Shown here piece after piece: positions 1-7,014 of a DNA stretch of 14,205 nucleotides. The stretch lies in NCBI GenBank assembly GCA_036351155.1, contig JAZBOO010000059.1, positions 1 through 14,205 on the forward strand, in the 5' to 3' direction. The notes beneath the pieces are model-generated. The model ran no database searches and had not been told where the DNA came from. It saw only the letters and a program-made list of their open reading frames with translations. The translations under genes and the position numbers were made by a program. The DNA comes from Candidatus Krumholzibacteriia bacterium. Lineage in GTDB: Bacteria; Krumholzibacteriota; Krumholzibacteriia; LZORAL124-64-63. How positions within the stretch are numbered: position 1 is the first letter of the stretch; the number at the start of each line of letters is the position of its first letter.

Positions 1-720
1 ACGCCCGGGCGCAGCCCGTAGCAGGCCCATGCTGTCCAGGCGATCGCGGGCCGCATCGGCCAGGGTTTCGGCCGAGTCCACCAGGGCCACCTCCGGTCCC
101 ATGAACGCCCCGATGTCATCTTTCAGCAAGGGATAGTGTGTACAACCAAGGATCAGCGTGTCCACCCCCGCGTCCCGCAATGGCGCCAGGTAGTCGTCCA
201 CGGCCAGGGTCATGATAGGCTGGCCCATCTTGTCCTCCTCGACCAGAGGCACGAAAAGCGGGCATTCCCGGGCCACGATCTGCTTGTCACTCAGCCCTCC
301 CTGGCGCAAGCCTTCCTGGTACCTTCCCGAACGGATGGTGCCCGAGGTGCCGATGACCCCCACCGAACCGCCGCGGGTGGCCGCCAGAGCCGCCCGGACA
401 CCGGGGTTGATCACGCCCAGCACGGGCACCGGCAAGGTCTTGCGCAGGTGCTCCAGGGCAAAGGCGCTGGCGGTGTTGCAGGCCACCACCACCATCTTGA
501 CGCCAAGCTTGACCAGCAGCCCTGCGTCCTGGCTGGCAAACGAGCGGACGGTGCGCTCCCCCTTGGTGCCGTAGGGCACCCGGGCGGTGTCGCCGAAGTA
601 GATCAGATCCTCGCACGGGAGGCGATGGTGCAGGGCCCGCAACACCGTGAGCCCGCCCAGCCCCGAGTCAAAGACCCCGATCGGTCGGCCACGGTCCGGC
701 TTGTCCTGAACCGCGCCCAC
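1..720 (-). CDS. murI: Glutamate racemase (3' end runs off the window)
   Basis: Not in the ORF track because no stop codon falls in the window. Manual translation from GTG at 720-718 gives PIGVFDSGLGGLTV, YFGDTARVPYGTK, VVVACNTAS, CPLFVPLVEE and LILGCTHYP, so both catalytic Cys motifs are present. The start abuts the stop of the upstream gene. Confidence 0.97.
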   Translation of the reverse strand, partial: MGAVQDKPDRGRPIGVFDSGLGGLTVLRALHHRLPCEDLIYFGDTARVPYGTKGERTVRSFASQDAGLLVKLGVKMVVVACNTASAFALEHLRKTLPVPVLGVINPGVRAALAATRGGSVGVIGTSGTIRSGRYQEGLRQGGLSDKQIVARECPLFVPLVEEDKMGQPIMTLAVDDYLAPLRDAGVDTLILGCTHYPLLKDDIGAFMGPEVALVDSAETLADAARDRLDSMGLLRAAPGR

Positions 721-1461
721 CTACAACCACCTCCGGGGATCGAAGACCCGGTCCATGGTCAGGTGTCCGGCCAGGGTTTCCACCTGCGCGCCTCCCACCA
801 GGATGGTGCAGCGCCGGGTGTCGGGGTAATTCAGGGCCACGGTGCGCAAAATGGTGGTCAACGTGGCCACCTCGGCCGTGCTGCCACCCGGGTGGCCGGT
901 GACCAGCTCTTCACTGAAATCCAGGACCACCGACTGGTCATCACGGTTGAAAAAAGCGCCGGTGGCCAGCGTACCTTGAGGGAAAGGATTGACCGCCCCG
1001 CTGATGGCCGGCCCTGCACACAGCCCCTGCATGATGCCCAGCAGATCCTCGTCCTGGCGGTTCCGGCTGATGATCCGTCGTTCCTCGGTCACGTAACCCG
1101 ACGCATCCCACTCAGGGAATACCAGCACCACGGCACGGTCCCCGGCCAACGCCGAGGGCGGCACCAGTTCGGGATCCGTCAAAAGGAAATCGTCCTGCCC
1201 GGTCAAGCTGGCCGAGTACCATTGCCACCCGAACCAGCCGACAGCCGCCAGCACACACAGAAACACAGCCCAGCCCAGCCAGCGAAAGCTCCCACCCCTG
1301 CCACTTCTGGGAGGCCGGCCATGGGGACGCCCGGAGCGCCGGCCCGCCGGCTTTTCCACTTCGCGTCGATGCGCATGTTCCGGCCGCTTGTCGCCCAGGG
1401 AATCCTGCGGACTGAGGACCTTGTCCACCAGCTCATCCTCGGGCCGATGCTGGTCAGTCAC
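721..1461 (-). CDS. GerMN domain membrane-anchored protein
   Basis: Arg/Gly-rich N-tail, one TM helix (WLGWAVFLCVLAAVGWFGW), then GerMN-like motifs: EERRI, GLCAGP, PFPQGT, VVLDFSEEL, HPGGSTAE, ILVGGAQVETLAGH. GTG start preceded by GGAGGTGG. The position between amidase and murI is typical. Confidence 0.88.
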   Translation of the reverse strand: MTDQHRPEDELVDKVLSPQDSLGDKRPEHAHRREVEKPAGRRSGRPHGRPPRSGRGGSFRWLGWAVFLCVLAAVGWFGWQWYSASLTGQDDFLLTDPELVPPSALAGDRAVVLVFPEWDASGYVTEERRIISRNRQDEDLLGIMQGLCAGPAISGAVNPFPQGTLATGAFFNRDDQSVVLDFSEELVTGHPGGSTAEVATLTTILRTVALNYPDTRRCTILVGGAQVETLAGHLTMDRVFDPRRWL

Positions 1462-3064
1462 GATCCACCTCCACGGGCGCTGTGGCGGCCATCTGCGCGC
1501 TGTACTCCATCACGGCCTGACCCAGAGCCTGGGCCAGTCGCCGCTGGTAGGTGCGGTCACCCAGGCGACGTTCCTCGTCATCGTGGGTCAGGAAGCCCAT
1601 CTCGATCAAGACCGCCGGCATGTAGGCGCCAACCAGGACCCGGAACCCGGCCTGCCTGACACCGCGGTCCAGCAGATCCAGGTCCCGCGTGACTCCCTGC
1701 TGAATCACCTCGGCCAGCTGGCTGCTGCTGCTGATGAACTGATTTTGAACCAGCTCCCAGACGATGAATTCCACGTCACTGGGTCCCTGGTCGGCGTTGT
1801 TCTCGGCAGATTCCACGCTCTTGGCCCAGTCGCTCTTGGCCGGCGAGAGGAAAAAGGTTTCGAACCCGTGAGCCCCGTCGTTGAACCAGCTGTTGCAGTG
1901 CAGGGAAATGAAGAGGTCGCCCTGGGCGCCGTTGGCCACCTCGGCGCGCCCGGCCAGATCCAGGTAGCTGTCCTCGTCGCGGGTCAGCACCACCTGCAGA
2001 TCGCTTTCCCGCTCCAGGTAACGCTTCAGCTCGCGGGCCACACCCAGATTCACATCCTTTTCCAGGATGCCCCGGTGTCCCACGGCACCCACGTCATGGC
2101 CGCCATGGCCGGGGTCGATCACCACGGTGCGCACATGGATTTCCCGGGTCATGTCCACAGGGCCATCGTCAATGTTCACGTTCTGATGTCCCCGGGGCAC
2201 GGGCGAGGGCAAGGCCGACACCTGTTCCTCTTCCAGGACCAGCACGATGTCCCGGCCGTCATCGGCCGTGTAGGTGCGATAGCGGCCCACCAGGTCATCC
2301 ACCCGCACAGTGACGATCGCGTGATCCCCATACTGCCTGGTGCGGGCACTGCGCAGCAGACCGCGCCTGGTCGAGGTCCCCACCCGGTTGACATCGGCCT
2401 GGGCCCCGTAAATTTTCAGTTCGATGACCCCGGGCTCAGGACTGCTGGCCCGGAATCCCAGGGCTTCCCGGCACTGCACGTGCAAAGCCGTGGAGCGCCC
2501 CAGCTGTTCCACCCGCAATCCGGTCACGTTGAACTCGGTGCTGCCCAGGTCCAGGCGCACGGCCACCGGATCCCAGACCACCCGCTCGTTGATCCGCGGC
2601 CCGATCACCTTTTCCAGCAGATAAACCGGCAGCCAGAGCTCGCCCTCGTGATCCAGCACCGGAACCGGCAACAGGATTTCTTCCTGGCCGGTCTGGACCA
2701 GACGATTGTTGCCGTTGAGAGTGAAGGACGAGACGCCCACCTTCAGTTCCAGCTTGCGTGTGTTGGGCTGCCAGAAGCGACTGGCCTTGAGCAAGCCCCC
2801 CACCGTGGCCGAGGGCAGGTACAGTTCCTGGGAGCCGGTCAGCAGATAACGGCCCTCCACGCTCCGGGTCTCGCCCGTGGTGGCCAGCTTCACCGCCACC
2901 TGAACCACGGGAGCGGCGACATCGATCCGGGTCAAGGCCAGGGGATCCAGGTAAGTGTCCGATTCCACCGCCGGGGGTGTCTGTCCCGAAGCGAAACTGG
3001 CGCCCAGCAGGATCAGGAGGACCAGCAGGCCCGCGCAAGGTGTCCGTGGTGTCTTCAGTGCCAT
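1454..3064 (-). CDS. N-acetylmuramoyl-L-alanine amidase (Amidase_3) with signal peptide and N-terminal accessory (AMIN-like) domains
   Basis: C-terminal motifs VVIDPGHGG, EKDVNL, LTRDED, FISLHCN and PAVLIEMGF supply the His/Glu/His zinc ligands and catalytic Glu. Hydrophobic N-terminus LLVLLILLGASFA. Start is ATG 3064 (GGAGGGAG upstream) or ATG 3091. Confidence 0.93.
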   Translation of the reverse strand: MALKTPRTPCAGLLVLLILLGASFASGQTPPAVESDTYLDPLALTRIDVAAPVVQVAVKLATTGETRSVEGRYLLTGSQELYLPSATVGGLLKASRFWQPNTRKLELKVGVSSFTLNGNNRLVQTGQEEILLPVPVLDHEGELWLPVYLLEKVIGPRINERVVWDPVAVRLDLGSTEFNVTGLRVEQLGRSTALHVQCREALGFRASSPEPGVIELKIYGAQADVNRVGTSTRRGLLRSARTRQYGDHAIVTVRVDDLVGRYRTYTADDGRDIVLVLEEEQVSALPSPVPRGHQNVNIDDGPVDMTREIHVRTVVIDPGHGGHDVGAVGHRGILEKDVNLGVARELKRYLERESDLQVVLTRDEDSYLDLAGRAEVANGAQGDLFISLHCNSWFNDGAHGFETFFLSPAKSDWAKSVESAENNADQGPSDVEFIVWELVQNQFISSSSQLAEVIQQGVTRDLDLLDRGVRQAGFRVLVGAYMPAVLIEMGFLTHDDEERRLGDRTYQRRLAQALGQAVMEYSAQMAATAPVEVDRD

Positions 3065-3094
3065 TTCCCGTTTGCTCCCTCCGGGTCCCATGGG

Positions 3095-3568
3095 TCAGTC
3101 CCGCCTTCCCAGTTCCTTGGCCATGCGGCGATCGACATCCTTCTTGGCCTTGGAGTCACGCTTGTCATGCAGCTTCTTGCCGCGCCCCAGCCCCAGTTCC
3201 AGCTTCACCAGACCATGCTTGAAATAGATCTTCAAGGGCACCAGGGTCAAACCCTGCTCCTCCAGCTTGGGCCGGATCTTCCGGATTTCCCGCCGGGTCA
3301 ACAGGAGTTTCCGGCGGCGAAAGGGATCGTGGTTCTCGCGATTGCCCATCTCGTAGGGACCGATGTGCATCTTCGCGACCCAGGCCTCGCCTTCCCTGAT
3401 CTCCCCGTAGGAATCGCCCAGGTTCACCCGACCGTTGCGCAGAGCCTTGACCTCGGTCCCCAGCAGCACCATGCCCGCTTCCCAGCTGTCCAGGATTTCA
3501 TACTCGTGGAATGCCCGCTTGTTCTTGGCAATGATCTTGATGCCCTCTGGGGGGGATTTGCGCGCCAT
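3095..3568 (-). CDS. smpB: SsrA-binding protein SmpB
   Basis: IAKNKRAFHEY, EAGMVLLGTEVKALR, HIGPYE, NHDPFRRRKLLL, GLTLVPLKIYF, GRGKKLHDKR; 157 aa. Confidence 0.99.
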   Translation of the reverse strand: MARKSPPEGIKIIAKNKRAFHEYEILDSWEAGMVLLGTEVKALRNGRVNLGDSYGEIREGEAWVAKMHIGPYEMGNRENHDPFRRRKLLLTRREIRKIRPKLEEQGLTLVPLKIYFKHGLVKLELGLGRGKKLHDKRDSKAKKDVDRRMAKELGRRD

Positions 3569-3636
3569 GATCGGGGAACTGCTCTTTTCCGGGACGATTT
3601 CAGGTCAAATGATTTCGAGCCTTACGGCAAACCGAG

Positions 3637-3665
3637 AATATACCCTTCCTGCGCCCTCCTGCAAA
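3637..3665 (-). promoter_or_regulatory. Putative sigma70 promoter of the smpB operon
   Basis: The minus strand reads TTGCAG-N16-TATATT, about 70 nt upstream of the smpB start. Confidence 0.5.
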
Positions 3666-3735
3666 TGACGCATTTGGGCCGAAGGTTCCCTCGATTTGGC
3701 CCGGAACACTTTCCCCAAAAAAACGTACCTCCGGG

Positions 3736-3764
3736 TTGACACGGCCAGAATGGCAAGCTAGATT
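3736..3764 (+). promoter_or_regulatory. sigma70 promoter of tRNA-Leu
   Basis: TTGACA (3736-3741)-N17-TAGATT (3759-3764), with an upstream A-tract and a GC-rich discriminator (AGCCGCCCG), as in stable-RNA promoters. Confidence 0.8.
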
Positions 3765-3813
3765 AGCCGCCCGTTGCAGCGGAACCCGTTGTGACGACTG
3801 TTTTCGGTCCCGT

Positions 3814-3900
3814 GCCCAGGTGGCGGAATTGGTAGACGCGCTACGTTCAGGTCGTAGTGGGGGTAACCTCGTGGGAGTTCGAGTCTCCCCCTGGGCACCA
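3814..3900 (+). tRNA. tRNA-Leu (anticodon CAG)
   Basis: Acceptor stem GCCCAGG/CCTGGGC, D-loop GGAATTGGTAGAC, anticodon arm CTACG-TTCAGGT-CGTAG (CAG at 3848-3850), long variable arm, GTTCGAGT T-loop, encoded ACCA end; 87 nt. Confidence 0.98.
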
Positions 3901-3925
3901 CGGTCCGAAACAGACAACACGGAGA

Positions 3926-3949
3926 GCCTCCCCTGGTGGGAGGTTTTTT
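3926..3949 (+). terminator. Intrinsic terminator after tRNA-Leu
   Basis: Hairpin GCCTCCC-ctggt-GGGAGGT followed by a T-tract. Confidence 0.85.
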
Positions 3950-4122
3950 GTTGCCCCACCCCCACTTGGGCCTCTCCCGGCACGATATCTGCTGAAAACC
4001 CTCCAAACACCCGTTTCTTCTTGCTTCAGGATCGTCCCCCGGTGCCGATCCAAGAGCAGGAACGATAAGTTCTGATTGATTTTGGCTGCTTTCAACTTTG
4101 ATGTCACGCCCCGGAGGCTCAC

Positions 4123-5463
4123 ATGCGCTGGATCGATATCATCCTGCCTGCACCAGGAATGCACCAGGAACTGGACACCTTGCTGGACCAAGCCCGGACC
4201 ACCTGGCAGGGCCTGGCTGAATTCCAGTCCCGCGATGGGCTGGACAACGTCTCGGTGGTCCGTCATCTGGGTCTGGTGGGGGAAACCCTGTTCAAGGCGG
4301 TCACCGCCTGGGACGAACAGGCTTTTTCCCCCGGCATCGACCGTGCCGGATCGCTGGTTCCCGATCTTGCGGATGCCGAACACGATCAGCTCGTGGGTTT
4401 TCACCTCGTGATAGGTCCAGAGCGCGATTACTTGCCCTGGAATTGCCTGCACAACGGCCTGGAATTTCTGCTGGTCAACCACCCCATCGTCACTTCCGCA
4501 CGGCCCTCGGCCATTCCCACCGGCGCGGAAACCCGCCCCTGGATGCAGCGTTTCCTGCGCGCCGGATTCCTGGTGGACGATCTGGGCGAAACCACACTGA
4601 GCGGCACTCTGGACCAGCTGCGGCCCGCCGGCCTGGCCAGCCCCGAATTCCTTTTCGTCCCCGGCCACACCAGCGACAAGATCCGCCGCATGATTTTCCG
4701 TGAAGGCGAGGCCATCGAAGCGGCGGTCAAGGGCACCACCCTGGCCCGCCCCCTGGCCCGCTTCCACATCCCCACCACCCCCATCACCCCCGGCGAGCTC
4801 AGTGGAATGAGCCTGGCCTACCAGGCCCTGCACTTTGCCGGCCCGGTGAGCCATCCCGCGGCCCAGGAAGAGCTGGAACAGCCCGACTGGATGGACACCC
4901 TGGTCGAAGACATGTCCGGCGCCAGGGAGCGCGCACTCGAAGATGCCATGGGCATCGAGGGGGAAGTCCTGGGCGTGGATCCCATCACCTCGCTGCTGGA
5001 CGATGTGGAGCAAAGGTTCGAACAAACTCAGCTGGCGGGCGGTTATGATTCCCCAGGTCAGGTGAGGTCAGCTGGATCCAACAGCGGCACTTCTCGGTCG
5101 GGAGGCAGCTCGGGTTCTCCCTGGCTGCTGCCGGATGGCCCCATAGAACCCGAAAAATTGGGCCAAGGCGGGGGCATTCCGCCGCTGGTCTATTCCAACA
5201 GCTACCAGGCCATGCCTCAGCTGGGCCAGCGATTCCTGGCAGCCGGAGCCTCCACGTTCATCGGCCCGGTCATTCCGCTGTTCAGCCGGCCAGCTCGTAT
5301 GTTTTCGGCCTATTGCTATGAAGCCCTGGGCGATGGCTGGTGTGCCGGCGCCGCCCTGTGGCGCGCCTCGCGCAGCTGCCGGCAAGAGCTGGGCAAGGAG
5401 CATCCGGCCTGGCTCAGCTATGCCGCCCACGGCTACGGCAGCCTGGCGTTGCAGTACCTGTAG
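4123..5463 (+). CDS. CHAT domain (caspase-clan) protein, predicted catalytically inactive
   Basis: GGAGG RBS. CHAT-like blocks appear in order: YLPWNCLHNGLEFL, ALHFAGP, WLLPDGPI, LVYSNSYQ, FLAAGASTFIG, FSAYCYEAL, AGAALWRA, HPAWLSYAAHG. Confidence 0.78.
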   Translation: MRWIDIILPAPGMHQELDTLLDQARTTWQGLAEFQSRDGLDNVSVVRHLGLVGETLFKAVTAWDEQAFSPGIDRAGSLVPDLADAEHDQLVGFHLVIGPERDYLPWNCLHNGLEFLLVNHPIVTSARPSAIPTGAETRPWMQRFLRAGFLVDDLGETTLSGTLDQLRPAGLASPEFLFVPGHTSDKIRRMIFREGEAIEAAVKGTTLARPLARFHIPTTPITPGELSGMSLAYQALHFAGPVSHPAAQEELEQPDWMDTLVEDMSGARERALEDAMGIEGEVLGVDPITSLLDDVEQRFEQTQLAGGYDSPGQVRSAGSNSGTSRSGGSSGSPWLLPDGPIEPEKLGQGGGIPPLVYSNSYQAMPQLGQRFLAAGASTFIGPVIPLFSRPARMFSAYCYEALGDGWCAGAALWRASRSCRQELGKEHPAWLSYAAHGYGSLALQYL

Positions 5464-5466
5464 CGC

Positions 5467-6270
5467 TCAGCTCTCGTCCTCGGTAAATCGGCCCATCAAA
5501 TCCAGGATTTCCTGGTGGATGTGCCCATTGCTGACCACCAGATCCGGATCCTCATGGCCGTAGGGCCGGCCCAGGTGGTCCGTCACCTTCCCTCCGGCTT
5601 CCTGCACCAGCAACAATCCCGCCGCCACATCCCACAGGTGAATGGCGTTCACGAAGGATCCGATCAGCGCATCGTGTCCCCCACACGCCACCCAGGCCAG
5701 TTCCAGGGCAATGGCCCCGGTGCGCCGACATTTCAATGGGGCCAGGGCCATGGCCTGCAGCAGGGCCGGATCCCGCACCATCCGCCCACCTTTCTTGAAC
5801 TGCGTGGACACCAGGGCCTCGCTCAGCGGGGCCCGGGAGCTGACCGACATGGTTTGCCCATTCAGCCGCGCCCCCTCATGCAAGGTGGCGGCAAAGACAT
5901 CGCCGGTGGCCGGTTGAACAATGCACGCCGCCAGGATTTCCCCTTCACACAGCACCGCCATGCTCGTGCAGTAGCCGGGCAAGCCCAGGGCGAAATTCAG
6001 AGTGCCATCGATGGGATCGAGCTGCCAGACGCGCCGCCCGTCCACCTCCTCGGAGTGGCTACCCAGTTCTTCCCCCACCACCAGATCGTCCGGATAGCGC
6101 GCGGCAATGTGCCGGCGCCACAGCGTTTCGATGGCCCGATCGGCCTCGGTGACCGCCTCCCGGCCATGCTTGAAGGCGACCTCACCGGTGTTCCGGTAGT
6201 AAGAGCGGGCCAGATCGGCCCCCTCGAGGGACCAGTCGATCATTTCCTGTTCAAGGTTGGACACCATCAT
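5467..6270 (-). CDS. Inositol monophosphatase family protein (SuhB-like)
   Basis: VTEAD, GEE, WQLDPIDGTLNF, RRTGAIALELAWVACG and LWDVAAG metal-binding motifs; GGAG RBS. Confidence 0.93.
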   Translation of the reverse strand: MMVSNLEQEMIDWSLEGADLARSYYRNTGEVAFKHGREAVTEADRAIETLWRRHIAARYPDDLVVGEELGSHSEEVDGRRVWQLDPIDGTLNFALGLPGYCTSMAVLCEGEILAACIVQPATGDVFAATLHEGARLNGQTMSVSSRAPLSEALVSTQFKKGGRMVRDPALLQAMALAPLKCRRTGAIALELAWVACGGHDALIGSFVNAIHLWDVAAGLLLVQEAGGKVTDHLGRPYGHEDPDLVVSNGHIHQEILDLMGRFTEDES

Positions 6271-6688
6271 GCTCCGTGGGGTTGAAGGAGGGAAAGGCCC
6301 GGGCCAGCAGGCGATCCAGCGCCAGGTCCACGTGGCGCATGATGGCCGCGATTTCTTCGGGCGTCACCTTGTTCTGATGGATCCCGGCCACCACCGCGCA
6401 GTGCGCCCCCGAAGCCCGGGCCACCCGCCGGGCACACCGGAGCGCCAGTGGGCCCTCCTTGTGGGGGGGAATGACCGCCAGCTCCTCATGTGAGGGAGAA
6501 GCCAGAGCCGCAGCTCCGGCATGAACCTCACCTCCGTGGACCAGCAACACGAAATCTCGCCCCATGCTCAGAAGGTCCAGCTGGACCAGGGTGCGCTCCT
6601 GACCCACCATTTCCCGGAATAGAAGAGTTCCCGGAACCGGAGACTCCGTCGACTCGGCCGGTAATTTCCGGTGGTTTTCCATTTTCAT
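6251..6688 (-). CDS. LpdD-like protein (prenylated-flavin chaperone / proteasome-assembly-chaperone-like fold)
   Basis: Pattern MGRDFVLLVHGGEVHAGAAALA...PPHKEGPLA...VVAGIHQ...TPEEI matches my recollection of the LpdD family (GG..HxGA, HKE, VxxGIH). The start is uncertain (6688, 6682 or further downstream). Overlaps the IMPase start by 20 nt. Confidence 0.7.
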   Translation of the reverse strand: MKMENHRKLPAESTESPVPGTLLFREMVGQERTLVQLDLLSMGRDFVLLVHGGEVHAGAAALASPSHEELAVIPPHKEGPLALRCARRVARASGAHCAVVAGIHQNKVTPEEIAAIMRHVDLALDRLLARAFPSFNPTEHDGVQP

Positions 6689-6716
6689 GCAACCTCCCGC
6701 AGGTTCCAGGCGTCTA
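6688..6716 (+). promoter_or_regulatory. Putative ECF-sigma promoter TGCAAC-N17-CGTCTA
   Basis: AAC...CGT architecture typical of ECF promoters; the same motif and spacing recur at 9678-9706. Confidence 0.5.
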
Positions 6717-6731
6717 CCAGATGAGGGATTG

Positions 6732-6911
6732 ATGATTCCTGGCTACCTGGTGGCTCGCGACTTGGCGGCCATGGTACAACAGATCCGCCACGAATACAGC
6801 CAGGTCCCGGATTCCTGCACATTGGCGTTCCTCACTGCAATGCATCCAATAAAGGGTGCCTTGCCCCCGGATGCAGGTTATACTTTTGGCAAAACAGTGG
6901 TTACAAATTAA
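6732..6911 (+). CDS. Putative small protein (59 aa), unknown function
   Basis: ATG 6732 is preceded by GAGGG and lies just downstream of the ECF-like motif. The first ~28 codons end mostly in G/C while the 3' half does not. No family recognised. Confidence 0.3.
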   Translation: MIPGYLVARDLAAMVQQIRHEYSQVPDSCTLAFLTAMHPIKGALPPDAGYTFGKTVVTN

Positions 6912-6927
6912 CAGGAACTTTTCGACA

Positions 6928-6952
6928 GGGATGGGTTATGCGAACCCATCCC
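6928..6952. repeat. Perfect 10-bp inverted repeat (hairpin)
   Basis: GGGATGGGTT-atgcg-AACCCATCCC, with no adjacent T-tract. Confidence 0.8.
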
Positions 6953-7014
6953 GCGACTTCACCCGACCACCGCCTGGGCTTGCAGGTCGTGCTGGTCAAG
7001 GAAATCGGAGCACC

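Noticed and set aside
3662..3703. Short palindromes CAAATG-acg-CATTTG and GGGCCGAA...TTTGGCCC between the divergent promoters
   Set aside because: Only 6-8 bp stems; they could be operators but cannot be told from chance.
3569..3735. Possible tmRNA (ssrA) next to smpB
   Set aside because: No tRNA-Ala-like 5' or 3' ends and too short; the region is explained by divergent promoters.
136..3739. Long + strand ORFs 136-1659 (507 aa) and 1388-3739 (783 aa)
   Set aside because: Antisense shadows of murI, GerMN, amidase and smpB, as expected in GC-rich DNA; no recognisable motifs.
3870..5463. Genomic island integrated at tRNA-Leu
   Set aside because: No integrase, no duplicated tRNA 3' end seen in the window, and no evident compositional shift downstream.
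6856..7014. 53-aa N-terminal extension of the phosphatase in the ORF track
   Set aside because: AT-richer sequence holding promoter-like motifs and a hairpin; ATG 7015 has the clearer RBS.
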